Origin: Thermoanaerobaculia bacterium
Lineage (GTDB): Bacteria; Acidobacteriota; Thermoanaerobaculia; UBA5066
DNA length: 64,000 bases
Direction: 5' to 3'
Assembly: GCA_963816185.1 (NCBI GenBank)
Contig: CAWFJJ010000029.1
Location: forward strand, 128,001-192,000
The translations under genes were made by a program, and so were the position numbers. Below, in pieces: positions 1-9,567 of this stretch. The first letter of the stretch is position 1. Every line of letters starts with the position of its first letter. The notes under the pieces are model-generated. The model saw only the letters and a list, made by a program, of their open reading frames with translations. It searched no databases and was not told the DNA's origin.

Positions 1-2
1 TG

Positions 3-224
3 CTCGCCGTCCGTAGCGGCTTCGTGGAAATCGCCGCCGACGCGGTGCGGATCCTGGCCGACGAGGCGGCGGCGCCGGATGGCATCGACGAGGCGAAGGC
101 CTCGGCGGAAAAGGCGGACGCGGAGAAGAGGCGCGAGCGCGCCGCCGGAGACGAGGAGTTGGACGCCGCGAACGCGGACGCCCGATTTGCGGAAGCGCGC
201 CTCGCCGTCCTCCGGTCTGCGTGA
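3..224 (+). CDS. atpC: ATP synthase F1 epsilon subunit (3' part; 5' end outside window)
   Basis: LAVRSGFVEIAADAVRILADEA...IDEAKA followed by a helical C-terminus ending AEARL, typical of the epsilon subunit. Confidence 0.88.
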   Translation, partial: LAVRSGFVEIAADAVRILADEAAAPDGIDEAKASAEKADAEKRRERAAGDEELDAANADARFAEARLAVLRSA

Positions 225-293
225 CGCCGGCAACCGCGCGGGGAAGAGCGAAAAGGGCCGACCAATGACGTCCCCCCGGGGGGCCGAACGCCT

Positions 294-309
294 CGGCATG
301 AGGCTTGCG
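294..309 (+). promoter_or_regulatory. putative sigma54 (RpoN) -24/-12 promoter
   Basis: cGGCATGaggcTTGCg: GG at 295-296 and GC at 307-308 with exact GG-N10-GC spacing; close to the TGGCACG-N4-TTGC consensus; predicted TSS near 320. Confidence 0.6.
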
Positions 310-319
310 AAGGGTATGC

Positions 320-412
320 GTAGGCTCGGTGGGCGCCGAAAGGGCGCGCCGGGTGACACGAACACCTCCTGCCTCCTACCGGGGCTCCGCTCTTGCGGAG
401 CCCTCTTTTTTT
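320..412 (+). ncRNA. candidate ~93-nt small RNA: 5' hairpin, unpaired tandem CCUCCU (anti-SD) linker, intrinsic terminator
   Basis: Hairpin 325-353 (ctcggt/gccggg plus gcgcc/ggcgc), linker acaCCTCCTgCCTCCTa at 362-378, terminator 382-412, sigma54-like promoter directly upstream. Confidence 0.5.
382..412 (+). terminator. Rho-independent terminator
   Basis: Perfect 9-bp stem gggctccgc-tctt-gcggagccc followed by tcttttttt. Confidence 0.88.
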
Positions 413-453
413 ACCCCCTATCATCGTTCCTCGATGACGGCGAGGGTGGTGCC

Positions 454-1242
454 ATGACGCTCGAGCGCGATCCCTGGACCGCCCAGTGGTTCGGGGAGGA
501 GTACCTCGCCTTCTATCCTGAGCGGGACGAGCGCGAGGCGCGCCGGAAGGCCGTCTTCGCGCGCGAGCTTCTCGCGCCGTTTGCCCGCGTCGGCTCGCTG
601 CGATTCCTGGACCTCGCCTGCGGGACGGGCCGGCACGCCGTCGCGCTCCACGATGGCCACGGAGGGGTTGTGGGCCTCGACCTGCCGGAGCGCCTGCTTT
701 TCCAGGCCCGACGGCGAACGGGGCCTCTGCGCCCGTTCTGGGTGCGGGCCGACATGCGTCAGATTCCTTTCCTCACGGGCACGTTCGGCGCCGCCGTGAA
801 CTTCTTCACGTCGTTCGGCTCTTTCGAGGATTCCTTGGACGACGCTCGCGTCGCGCGCGAGGTGGCGCGGGTCCTCGCGCCGGGAGGAGCGTTCCTGTCG
901 GACGTCTTCAACGCCGAGCGCGTCGTCTCGACGCTCGCGGTGCGCGAGGTGAAAACGGTGGCTGGCGAGCGCGTGAGCATCCGCCGACGGTACGATCCAT
1001 CGAGCCGGCGCGTGGAGAAGGAGATCGAGGTGGGCTCGGGAGAGAACAAGCGCGTGTTCACGGAGCGTGCCCGGGCGTACACCGAGCACGAGCTCCGGAA
1101 CTTCCACCGCGCAGCAGGCCTCACGGTGCGTGCTGCTTACGGGAATTTCGACGGGTCGCCGTTCGACCGACGGAAGTCGCCGCGTCTGATTCTCCTTGCC
1201 GTGAAACCCACGGCAAAAGCCCGCGTTCAGAAGGAACCATGA
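454..1242 (+). CDS. class I SAM-dependent methyltransferase (possible bacillithiol N-methyltransferase)
   Basis: Motif I FLDLACGTGRH, ADMR, FFTSFG, VLAPGG; ATG at 454 after GAGGG; stop overlaps the bshC start (ATGA). Confidence 0.85.
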   Translation: MTLERDPWTAQWFGEEYLAFYPERDEREARRKAVFARELLAPFARVGSLRFLDLACGTGRHAVALHDGHGGVVGLDLPERLLFQARRRTGPLRPFWVRADMRQIPFLTGTFGAAVNFFTSFGSFEDSLDDARVAREVARVLAPGGAFLSDVFNAERVVSTLAVREVKTVAGERVSIRRRYDPSSRRVEKEIEVGSGENKRVFTERARAYTEHELRNFHRAAGLTVRAAYGNFDGSPFDRRKSPRLILLAVKPTAKARVQKEP

Positions 1243-2807
1243 CGACGATTTCGCTCGCGCACCTTCCGGGGATCCCCGCCCTGGCGCGCGGCGTCGCGAC
1301 CGGGGCGCCGGACGTCTCCGCTTTCCTTCCGGACCGGCCGGACCTCGAGACGATCGCCCGGAGAGCGCACGCAGTCCTGGCCGCATTCCGGCCACGCGTC
1401 GTCGTCGGCGACACCGACCCAAGGCTCGCCGCATTCGCGCGCGGCGAGGCCACGGTCGTCTTCGCCGGCCAGCAGGCAGGCCTCTTCGGGGGCCCGCTCC
1501 TGACGCTTGTGAAGGCGCTCGCCGCTGAGAAGCTCGCCGTCGACGTCGCCGCGCGAGGGACGGCCGCGGGCCCTGCTTTCTGGTGTGCGTCCGAAGATCA
1601 CGATCTCGTGGAGGTGACGCGGCTCGTCGTGCCAGGGCCTCACGGACCGAAAGACCTCGGCCCCGACGCCTCCTCCCTCGCCGGGAACCGGTCGCCCGTC
1701 GGAGCGCTCCCGGTCGGCATCGACGTGGATGCAATCATCGGGAAGGCGGCGGAAGGTCTCGCACAGCCGCCGGACGCTGCGGACGTGGCGGCGCTCTTGG
1801 CCGCGCATCGCGGGAAGACGTTCTTCGAGGCATTCTCGGCGACGCTCGCATGGCTCCTTGACGGCTCCATTCCAATCCTCGACGCAGCAGACCCCTCCGA
1901 CAAGCCGGCCCTCGTGCCGCTCGCGTGTCGACTCGTGCGCGAGCGCGCCGACGTGAAGAAGCTCCTCGCGGAGCGCGACGCGGCGCTCGAGGCCGCGGGC
2001 TACCCCCTTCAGGTCACGTCCGACCCGGCCGCCCTGCCGCTCTTCGCGCGCGTCGGGAGCGACCGCCTTCTCCTTTTCGAAACGGGATCACGGCTTTCTC
2101 TCAAAGGACTCGAGGGGACATTCGAAACCGGGGAAGTCGTCGAGCGGTTCTCGAGCGGCGCCTGGCTGCCGTCCTTCTCGGCGCTCACGCGCCCGCTCGC
2201 CGCCTCCGCGCTTTTCCCGGTTGCGGCGACGATCCTGGGCCCGGCCGAGATCGCGTACTGGGCCCAGGGCTGGCCGCTCTTTGCGTGGGCCGGAATCGTT
2301 CCGCCCGTGATCGTGCCGCGGCCCCTCGTCGCGCTCGTACCGGCCACGGCGGCGCGCGTTCTCTCAAAGCTCGGCCTTTCCGTGGAGGACGTCCTCGGGG
2401 GCGAGGAGGCGATGCTCCGGAAGAAGGGCGCCGGCGAGGCGGGGGCGCTCCTGGAACGCCTCACGGCCATCCGCGAAGATGCGATCCGCGCGCTCGACGC
2501 CGAGGAGCCGGCCCTCCTCGCCGTCGACCCGTCCCTCAAGAAGGCGGTCGAGACGACGCGCGAGAAAACGAGCTTCGCGTTCGAGAAGCTCGCCGAGAAG
2601 GCCGCTGCAGCGGCGGGGCGCGCAGACGAGCGTACGGCTGCGCAGGTGAAGCGGCTCCTTGAGGAGATCCTGCCCGGAGGCGTCCTCGCCGAGCGCGCGT
2701 ACTCGGCGCTGCCTTACGTCCTCAAGTTCGGCCGCGAGGCCGTCGTGGGTGCGCTCCGGCGGCACCTCGTCTGGAACGAGCCGGGGCTTCAGGTGATTCC
2801 CCTGTGA
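1239..2807 (+). CDS. bshC: bacillithiol biosynthesis cysteine-adding enzyme BshC
   Basis: GQQAGLFGGPL..LVKA, FWCASEDHD, SALTRPL, GPAEIAYWAQ, ER near the C-terminus; in operon with bshB1/bshA. Confidence 0.88.
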   Translation: MTTISLAHLPGIPALARGVATGAPDVSAFLPDRPDLETIARRAHAVLAAFRPRVVVGDTDPRLAAFARGEATVVFAGQQAGLFGGPLLTLVKALAAEKLAVDVAARGTAAGPAFWCASEDHDLVEVTRLVVPGPHGPKDLGPDASSLAGNRSPVGALPVGIDVDAIIGKAAEGLAQPPDAADVAALLAAHRGKTFFEAFSATLAWLLDGSIPILDAADPSDKPALVPLACRLVRERADVKKLLAERDAALEAAGYPLQVTSDPAALPLFARVGSDRLLLFETGSRLSLKGLEGTFETGEVVERFSSGAWLPSFSALTRPLAASALFPVAATILGPAEIAYWAQGWPLFAWAGIVPPVIVPRPLVALVPATAARVLSKLGLSVEDVLGGEEAMLRKKGAGEAGALLERLTAIREDAIRALDAEEPALLAVDPSLKKAVETTREKTSFAFEKLAEKAAAAAGRADERTAAQVKRLLEEILPGGVLAERAYSALPYVLKFGREAVVGALRRHLVWNEPGLQVIPL

Positions 2808-3541
2808 GCGTGACGCCGGTCGACGTCCTGGTCTTCTCGCCGCATCCCGACGATGCCGAGCTCGGGTGCGGCGGGACGCTCGCCGCCCTCGCTGCGCGCA
2901 GTCTCACGTTCGGGATCGTGGACCTCACGCGCGGCGAGATGGCGACTCGGGGGACGCCCGAGATCCGCGCGGGCGAAGCGGCCGAGGCCGCCCGGATTCT
3001 CGGGGCGCGCTTCCGCGAGACGCTCGACCTCGGAGACGGCGGCCTCAGGGCCGATCGTGCATCTGAGCTTCGGGTCGTCGAGGCCGTCCGCCAGGCGAGG
3101 CCGCGCGTCGTCCTCGCGCCCCTTCCCACGGACCGCCATCCGGATCACGCGCGCGCCGGGCGCCTCGTCCCGGAGGCCTCCTGGTACGCGGGTCTCGCGA
3201 AGCTCGAAGCCCCCCTCGCACCCCATCGACCCGACCAGGTCGTGTTCTACGCGACCTACGTTCTCGTGATGCCGACGTTTCTCGTGGACGTCTCGGCCAC
3301 TTTCGTGACGAAAGTGGCGGCCCTTCGCGCCTATCGCAGCCAGTTTCACGATCCAAACTCCTGCGAGCCGGAGACGTACATCTCTTCGAAGGGCTTCTTC
3401 GACGGCATCGAGGCGCGTGCTCGGGCGCTCGGGAGGATCGCGAACGTGGAGTACGCGGAAGGCTTCGTCACGAACGCGCCCCCCACCCTCGCGGACCCGG
3501 TCGGGGCGTTCTGCGGGTACGAAGGCGGAAAGAGAACGTGA
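2804..3541 (+). CDS. bshB1: N-acetylglucosaminyl-L-malate deacetylase BshB1 (PIG-L family)
   Basis: PHPDDAELGCGG, DLTRGEMATRG, DRHPDH, AYRSQF, YAEGF. Confidence 0.9.
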   Translation: MSVTPVDVLVFSPHPDDAELGCGGTLAALAARSLTFGIVDLTRGEMATRGTPEIRAGEAAEAARILGARFRETLDLGDGGLRADRASELRVVEAVRQARPRVVLAPLPTDRHPDHARAGRLVPEASWYAGLAKLEAPLAPHRPDQVVFYATYVLVMPTFLVDVSATFVTKVAALRAYRSQFHDPNSCEPETYISSKGFFDGIEARARALGRIANVEYAEGFVTNAPPTLADPVGAFCGYEGGKRT

Positions 3542-4659
3542 AGATCGGTATCACGTGCTATCCCACGTTCGGCGGCTCGGGCGTCGTCGCGACGGAGCTC
3601 GGCCACGAGCTCGCGCGACGCGGGCACGACGTGCACTTCATCACGTATGCGATGCCGTCGCGCCTGAACGTCTTCCTCGACCGTGTCACGTATCACGAGG
3701 TGACGGTCCCGTCTTATCCCCTCTTCCAGTACGCGCCTTACGACCTCGCCCTGGCGACGCGGATGGGCGACGTGGCGACGCACGAGGGTCTCGACCTCAT
3801 TCACGTCCACTACGCGCTGCCGCACGCGGTCTCGGCCCATCTCGCGCGCGAGATGCTCGCCCCGCGGCCCCTCGGCCTCGTGACGACGCTGCACGGAACC
3901 GACGTGACGATCGTCGGGCAGGACCAGTCGTACCTCCCCATCACCCGCTTCTCCATCGAGAAGTCCGACGTCGTCACGGCGGTTTCCGAGCATCTCAAGA
4001 AGGTCACGATCGAGGTCTTCCAACCGAAGAAGGAGATCGAGGTCGTGCCGAACTTCATCGATCCCGAGCGCTGGAAGCCGGAATCGCAGCAGCTCGCCTG
4101 CCGTTTCGTGCCCGAGGGCCGGAAGGTGCTCCTGCACGTCTCGAATTTCCGCCCGGTGAAGCGCGTCCTGGACGTGGTCGAGATCTTCGACCGCCTGAGG
4201 CAGCGCGTCCCCGCGACGCTCGTCATGATCGGCGACGGCCCCGATCGAGCCGCCGCCGAGGCGTTGTGCCGCGAGAAGGGCATCGCGCCGTACGTGTCGT
4301 TCCTCGGGAACATGCCGGCGCTCGAGGCCGTGATGCCCGTCGCGGACCTTTACCTCCTCCCGTCGAACTCGGAGTCCTTCGGGCTCTCCGCCCTCGAGGC
4401 GCAGGCCTGCGGCGTCCCGGTCCTCGGCTATGCCGTGGGCGGGCTCCCGGAGGTCGTTCTGCACGGCGAGACGGGCTTCCTCCGCGAGGTCGGCGACATC
4501 GCGGGCCTCGCCGCGGATGGCGCGGACCTCTTGCTCGACGACGCCCGCTACGCGGCGATGTCTCGCGCGTCGCGCGAGCGTGCCGTCCGCCTCTTCGACG
4601 CGGACACGATGGTGTCGCGCTATCTCGCCTTGTACGAGCGCGTCCTCGCGGCGGCCTGA
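3538..4659 (+). CDS. bshA: N-acetyl-alpha-D-glucosaminyl L-malate synthase BshA (GT4)
   Basis: MKIGITCYPTFGGSGVVATELG, HVHYALPH, TLHGTD, HVSNFRPVKR, ESFGLSALEA. Confidence 0.95.
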   Translation: MKIGITCYPTFGGSGVVATELGHELARRGHDVHFITYAMPSRLNVFLDRVTYHEVTVPSYPLFQYAPYDLALATRMGDVATHEGLDLIHVHYALPHAVSAHLAREMLAPRPLGLVTTLHGTDVTIVGQDQSYLPITRFSIEKSDVVTAVSEHLKKVTIEVFQPKKEIEVVPNFIDPERWKPESQQLACRFVPEGRKVLLHVSNFRPVKRVLDVVEIFDRLRQRVPATLVMIGDGPDRAAAEALCREKGIAPYVSFLGNMPALEAVMPVADLYLLPSNSESFGLSALEAQACGVPVLGYAVGGLPEVVLHGETGFLREVGDIAGLAADGADLLLDDARYAAMSRASRERAVRLFDADTMVSRYLALYERVLAAA

Positions 4660-5615
4660 CGCGCGAAGGCGGCGCAGCGCGCCAGCTCGGCCCCGGTCGC
4701 GCCCCACGACGCGGCACGCCGGAACTCCCCCGCGAGCGTCGTCCCGAAAAGGCCGGGATCGTCCGTCGAGAGCGTCACCCGTAAACCGGCGAGGAGCATC
4801 CGGCGGAGAGGGTGCGCCTCACCGCGCGAAACGGCCCCCGTCCTGAGGTTCGATGTCGGGCAGACGTCGCAGACGACGCCGCTCCTCACGAGAGACTTCA
4901 GAAGCGTCGGATCCTCGACGGCCCGGATGCCGTGCGCGATCCGCACGGGCTCGAGAAAACGCATGGCCTCGGCGACCGACTCCGGCCCCGCCCACTCGCC
5001 CGCGTGCACGATCGGGAGGAGTCCGGCCTTTCGCCCCCGCCGATAGACGTCCCGGAAATCGCGCGCCGGGTAAGCCGTTTCGTCGCCGCCGAGGCCGAAA
5101 CCCACGACGCGCCACCAGGGCCGCTCGGCGTGGAGATCGAGGACGCGGGCGGCGGACGCGGGGCCCCAATGCCGCACGAGGTCGAGGAGGATGCGGACAC
5201 GCCCGCGGCCTTTCCTCTCGTGCTCTCGGAAGACGCGTTCGAGCGCGCCGACGACGTCGAACCAGTCGAGCCCGATCTTCTCCACGACGGCCGGAGAGAC
5301 CGTGACCTCCGCCCACCGGACGTTCTCCCGCGCGAGGCGCGACACGAGGTCCCGCGCGATGAGGGCATAGTCAGCGGGGCTTCGAAGCTGCAGGCAGACG
5401 TCCCGGTAGAAGGCGAAGAAGACCTCCTTCGATGAGAGAGCGCGGCGTCGCGCACGAACCGCGGCAAGATCGGGGAAGATGGGGTCGACGGAGCGGGAGG
5501 AGAGGCGGACGAGAGCGGCCGCCCGGACGGCTCCCTCGAGGTGCAGGTGAAGCTCCACTTTCGGCGCGGCGACAAACCGTCGGAGGAAGGCGAGGGCGTC
5601 TCGTCGGGGGATCAC
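4620..5615 (-). CDS. add: adenosine/adenine deaminase
   Basis: PKVELHLHLEG, GLGGDE, HAGE, RIAHG, CPTSN, STDDP; GTG start at 5615 inferred; 3' end overlaps bshA by 40 nt. Confidence 0.88.
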   Translation of the reverse strand: MIPRRDALAFLRRFVAAPKVELHLHLEGAVRAAALVRLSSRSVDPIFPDLAAVRARRRALSSKEVFFAFYRDVCLQLRSPADYALIARDLVSRLARENVRWAEVTVSPAVVEKIGLDWFDVVGALERVFREHERKGRGRVRILLDLVRHWGPASAARVLDLHAERPWWRVVGFGLGGDETAYPARDFRDVYRRGRKAGLLPIVHAGEWAGPESVAEAMRFLEPVRIAHGIRAVEDPTLLKSLVRSGVVCDVCPTSNLRTGAVSRGEAHPLRRMLLAGLRVTLSTDDPGLFGTTLAGEFRRAASWGATGAELARCAAFARQAAARTRSYKAR

Positions 5616-5690
5616 GCGCGCCCATCGTACGAGAGGCCGTTCGAAACCGGGCCGGTCCCTCTCGGGACGCCGCCCAAGGAGAGACTGTGG

Positions 5691-6074
5691 ATGCGCGTCG
5701 CGGCGTTCGGCGTGGACCTGATTCTCGTCGCAGGCGTTCCGCTCCTCCTCGCATCGGCGATCGTCTTCTGCGTTTACGCGTCCTCGCACGAGGCGCCGGC
5801 CGGCCTCGACGACGGCTTCCGGGCAGCCCAGGTCCTGGCCCTGGGCCTTTTCCTCTTCCGCGATGCCGGTGGCGGGAGCCCGGGAAAGAAGCTCTTCGGG
5901 CTGCGCCTCATTCTCGCGGGGGGGGCGAACGCCGGGGCCCGCCAGTCCCTGCTGCGAAACCTTCCCCTTCTCATCCCGGGTTGGAATCTCATTGAGCTGT
6001 CATCACTTCTACGCCGTCGAGACGGGCGGCGGCCAGGCGACCGGGCGGCGGGAACGCTCCTTGTCGAGACCTGA
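5691..6074 (+). CDS. RDD family membrane protein
   Basis: RVAAFGVD, SPGKKLFGLR, LLRN, RRPGDRAAGT; AAGGAG upstream of ATG 5691. Confidence 0.8.
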   Translation: MRVAAFGVDLILVAGVPLLLASAIVFCVYASSHEAPAGLDDGFRAAQVLALGLFLFRDAGGGSPGKKLFGLRLILAGGANAGARQSLLRNLPLLIPGWNLIELSSLLRRRDGRRPGDRAAGTLLVET

Positions 6075-6133
6075 AGGTGTTTGGTGCGAAACTTTCGACC
6101 CGGGAACGCCGTTCTCTAGGGTGGGAGCACCGG

Positions 6134-6960
6134 ATGTCCAAGGTTCCATCCTCCGCCCGCGTCCGGAAGAGCCGGCTCGTCCCGGTCCTGGCGGCCCTTT
6201 CCTTTCTCGCGGCGACCGGCCTCCTGGCCGAGGATGCGACGCAGGAGCGGTTCGAGAAGACGTACGACCTCGCCGGCATCCGCAAGGTGAGAGTCCAGAA
6301 CGTGAACGGCGCGATCCAGATCGAGACGGGCGGCGATCAGCTGCACATCGTGGCCGTCAAGAAGGTGAAGTCGTCGTCCGACTCAGATCTCCTCAAGGAG
6401 ACCGAGATCCGCGTGACAAAGGCCGGAAGCCTCATCGAAGTGGAGACGATTCTCCCGAAGCGCGGGCGATTCTTTCCATGGTTCTTCTTCGGGCGGGCAG
6501 GCTCGGCGGACGTGGCCTATCAAATCACGCTGCCCGCCGCGCTCGCCCTCGAGGCCGAGACTGTGAACGGGCGGCTCGCCGCGACGAACCGCGCGGGCGA
6601 TCTCGTCCTGTCGACGGTGAACGGCGCGGTCCGCGTGGAGGGCCACGACGGGCCGCTGAAAGTGAACACCGTCAACGGCTCGGTCGAAGTGTCCTTCGCC
6701 GGCCCCATGCGCCAGGCGAGCCTCGAGACCGTCAACGGGTCGGTCACGATCACGTGCGCGCGCGAGTCCTCGATCCGCTGCACGTTGCAGACGACGAACG
6801 GCCGCATCCAGTCGCAGTTTCCGGAAGTCACGGTCGAGGGCAAGTGGGGCCCGAAAGAGGCCCGCGGCGCGATCAACGGCGGCCGCGAAAGCCTCGCCGT
6901 CGAAACCGTGAACGGGGACGTGCGGCTCTACATGGCCGACGCGGCGCGGCGAAGAAGTAA
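6134..6960 (+). CDS. secreted DUF4097-type beta-strand repeat protein; the likely stop (TAA 6958-6960) is out of frame because of a 5-nt duplication
   Basis: Signal peptide plus repeated (E/S/N)TVNG motifs; GGGAG before ATG 6134; removing one gcggc copy (6941-6950) gives ...MADAAKK*. Confidence 0.75.
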
Positions 6961-6996
6961 GCCGCCAGGCACTCTCTTTCGACGGGGAGGGAGAAG

Positions 6997-7081
<85 letters not shown>

Positions 7082-7116
7082 ACGGTGCCGCGAGGGAGGG
7101 GGATTCTAACCGAAAA

Positions 7117-7488
7117 CTATTTCGTCGCCGGAGCCACGGGCGCCGGGAACGACGGGACCGTGCTGCCGGCGGAGGCCGGAACGCCGGCAGGTGCGGGCGC
7201 CGGGACGGCGGCCTTCACGGGCGCGGCCGACTTCGCCCGGGCGAGAACGGAGGACCTCGGCCGGGCCTCCATCAACGAGATCACGACCGCGAGAATCGAG
7301 AACGCCACAAACGACCACGTCGTGATCTTCTCGAGAAGAGTCGTGGCGCCGCGCGCCCCGAAGGTCGTCTGCGAGGAAGAGGCCCCGAAGGCGGCCGACA
7401 CGTCGGCGCCCTTGCCCTGCTGGAGAAGGACGACGAGGACCAGGAAGACACAGACGATGACGTAAATGGGTACCAGGACGTAGATCAT
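7117..7488 (-). CDS. secG: preprotein translocase subunit SecG
   Basis: LVLVVLLQQGKGADVSAAFGA..QTTFGARGA..LEKIT; lies between tpiA and tRNA-Leu. Confidence 0.93.
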   Translation of the reverse strand: MIYVLVPIYVIVCVFLVLVVLLQQGKGADVSAAFGASSSQTTFGARGATTLLEKITTWSFVAFSILAVVISLMEARPRSSVLARAKSAAPVKAAVPAPAPAGVPASAGSTVPSFPAPVAPATK

Positions 7489-7552
7489 GTGCGGTGATGC
7501 TCCGGTCCCCGGAGGCGAGTCCGGGGGCCGGAAATGATAGCGGAATCGCCGC

Positions 7553-8317
7553 TCAAGCGCGAGAGGCGGCCGCCGCGGCGAGGATCGCCGTCGTGTCAGA
7601 CACGGAAAGAGAAGCGCCTCCGACGAGGCCGCCGTCCACCTCTTCTTGTGCGAAAAGCCCCGGGGCGCTCGCCGGAGAAACGGAGCCGCCGTAGAGAATT
7701 CGCGTCGACCGGGCGGCCGGCCCGCCGAAACGGGCGGCGAGCTCAAGGCGGAGATGCGCGTGAGCGTCCGCGGCCATCTCGGGGGTCGCAGGGAGCCCCG
7801 TCCCGATGGCCCAGACGGGCTCGTAGGCGAGCACGAGACCGGGAGGAGGCACGGCGAAGGCGTCGAGGGCGGCGAGCTGGCTCCGAAGCACGTCCTGCGT
7901 GCGTCCCGCCTCACGCTCCTTGCGCGTCTCGCCGACGCAGTAAAGCGGCGCGAGCCCTTCCTCGGCGAGCCTTGCCAGCTTGCGCGCGAAGTCCGGTTCG
8001 CGCTCTCCCCGGAGAAGGCGCCGCTCACTGTGGCCCACGAGGACGAGCGAGACCCCGGCGTCCTTCAGCATCGCGGCGGACACCTCGCCCGTGAACGCGC
8101 CCTCACGCTCGACGTGAACGTCCTGGGCCGCAAGCGCGATACCGCTGCCGAGAAGCGCCGCGCGAACCCGGTCGAGCGCGGGAAACGACGGGGCGATCGC
8201 CATGTCCACTCCGGCGGGCCGTGCGAGGTCGGCGATCGCGCGAGAGAGCACCGCGGCTGCCGAGGGCGTGCGCGTCATCTTCCAGTTCGCGACGAAAAAG
8301 CGCCGCCGCTCGCTCAA
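7553..8317 (-). CDS. tpiA: triosephosphate isomerase
   Basis: [41 protein letters not shown]; TTG start overlaps the pgk stop. Confidence 0.95.
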   Translation of the reverse strand: MSERRRFFVANWKMTRTPSAAAVLSRAIADLARPAGVDMAIAPSFPALDRVRAALLGSGIALAAQDVHVEREGAFTGEVSAAMLKDAGVSLVLVGHSERRLLRGEREPDFARKLARLAEEGLAPLYCVGETRKEREAGRTQDVLRSQLAALDAFAVPPPGLVLAYEPVWAIGTGLPATPEMAADAHAHLRLELAARFGGPAARSTRILYGGSVSPASAPGLFAQEEVDGGLVGGASLSVSDTTAILAAAAASRA

Positions 8318-9504
8318 CGCAGGGCCTCCACACCGGGCAGCGTCTCGCCTGCGACGAGATCGAGCGACGCGCCGCCGCCCGTCGACACGTGCGACATCTT
8401 GCCGGCGAGCCCCGCTTCCTTGACGGCCTCGACGCTCTCGCCGCCGCCCACCACGGTGAAGGCGGAGGACTCGGCCAGGATCTTCGCGACGGAGAAGGTG
8501 CCCCGGTCGAACGGTTTCTTCTCGAAGACGCCCATGGGCCCGTTCCAGAAGATGGTTTTCGCATCCTTCGTCATGCGTCGAAACATCTCGACGGTCTTTT
8601 CCCCGATGTCGAAGGCCGCCGCGTCCTGGGGAATCGCGTTCATCGCGACGGTCCTCGCCTCGCCGGCGTTCTCGAGGGAGGGAGCGACGACGAAATCGGA
8701 GGGAAGGACGAGCGCGACGCCGCGCTCTTTGCATCGGTCGAGGATCTGGCGGGCGACGGGGACGCCCTCTTTCTCGAGGAGCGAGCGGCCCACGGGGAGT
8801 GAGAGCGCGGCCACGAAATGGTTCGCCATGCCTCCCCCGACGAGAAGAACGTCGGCCTTTTCGACGAGCGTCCTCAGGGCGGCGAGCTTGCCGAGGATCT
8901 TCGCTCCGCCGAGGATCGCCGCGAACGGGCGCTCGATCGAGGTCACGACCTTCGCGAGGGCCTTGAGCTCCTTCTCCATGAGGAGGCCGATTCCACGCCG
9001 CTCCGGCGGAAAAAGCGCGGCCATGCCGGCCGTTGAGGCGTGGGCGCGGTGGGCGGTTCCGAACGCGTCGTTGACGTAGACGTCGGCGAGGGCAGCGAGC
9101 TGCCGGCAGAACGCCGGGTCGTTGGCCTCCTCGCCGGCGTGAAAACGAAGGTTCTCGAGGACGACGGCCTCGCCGGGCGCGAGCCGCGCGACGGCTCTCT
9201 CCGCCTCCTCTCCAATACAGTCGTGCGCGAACGCGACACTAACGCCGAGACGTGCCTCGAGCGTGCGCGCCACGGGAGCGAGGGAGTACTTCGGATCGGG
9301 CGCCCCCTTCGCTTTGCCGAGATGCGAGGCGAGAACGAGACGGGCGCCTCGCTCGCGGGCGAGGTGGAGCGTGGGCAAGGCTTCGACGACGCGTGTGTCG
9401 TCGCGCACGACGGAGTCCTTGAGCGGCACGTTGAAGTCGACGCGCACGAAGACCCGCTTGCCGTCGAGGTCGAGGTCGCGGATCGAACGCGGAAGATCGG
9501 CCAT
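8314..9504 (-). CDS. pgk: phosphoglycerate kinase
   Basis: [47 protein letters not shown]. Confidence 0.97.
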   Translation of the reverse strand: MADLPRSIRDLDLDGKRVFVRVDFNVPLKDSVVRDDTRVVEALPTLHLARERGARLVLASHLGKAKGAPDPKYSLAPVARTLEARLGVSVAFAHDCIGEEAERAVARLAPGEAVVLENLRFHAGEEANDPAFCRQLAALADVYVNDAFGTAHRAHASTAGMAALFPPERRGIGLLMEKELKALAKVVTSIERPFAAILGGAKILGKLAALRTLVEKADVLLVGGGMANHFVAALSLPVGRSLLEKEGVPVARQILDRCKERGVALVLPSDFVVAPSLENAGEARTVAMNAIPQDAAAFDIGEKTVEMFRRMTKDAKTIFWNGPMGVFEKKPFDRGTFSVAKILAESSAFTVVGGGESVEAVKEAGLAGKMSHVSTGGGASLDLVAGETLPGVEALR

Positions 9505-9567
9505 GGCGTTCTCCTGTCGGAAGTCGCTCGCGCGATCTTATGCGCCGGGACCTCTATAGTCTCGTTC

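Noticed and set aside
79-453. N-terminal extension of the 387-aa ORF (79..1242)
   Set aside because: It overlaps atpC out of frame and crosses a terminator; the methyltransferase domain starts at ATG 454 with an RBS
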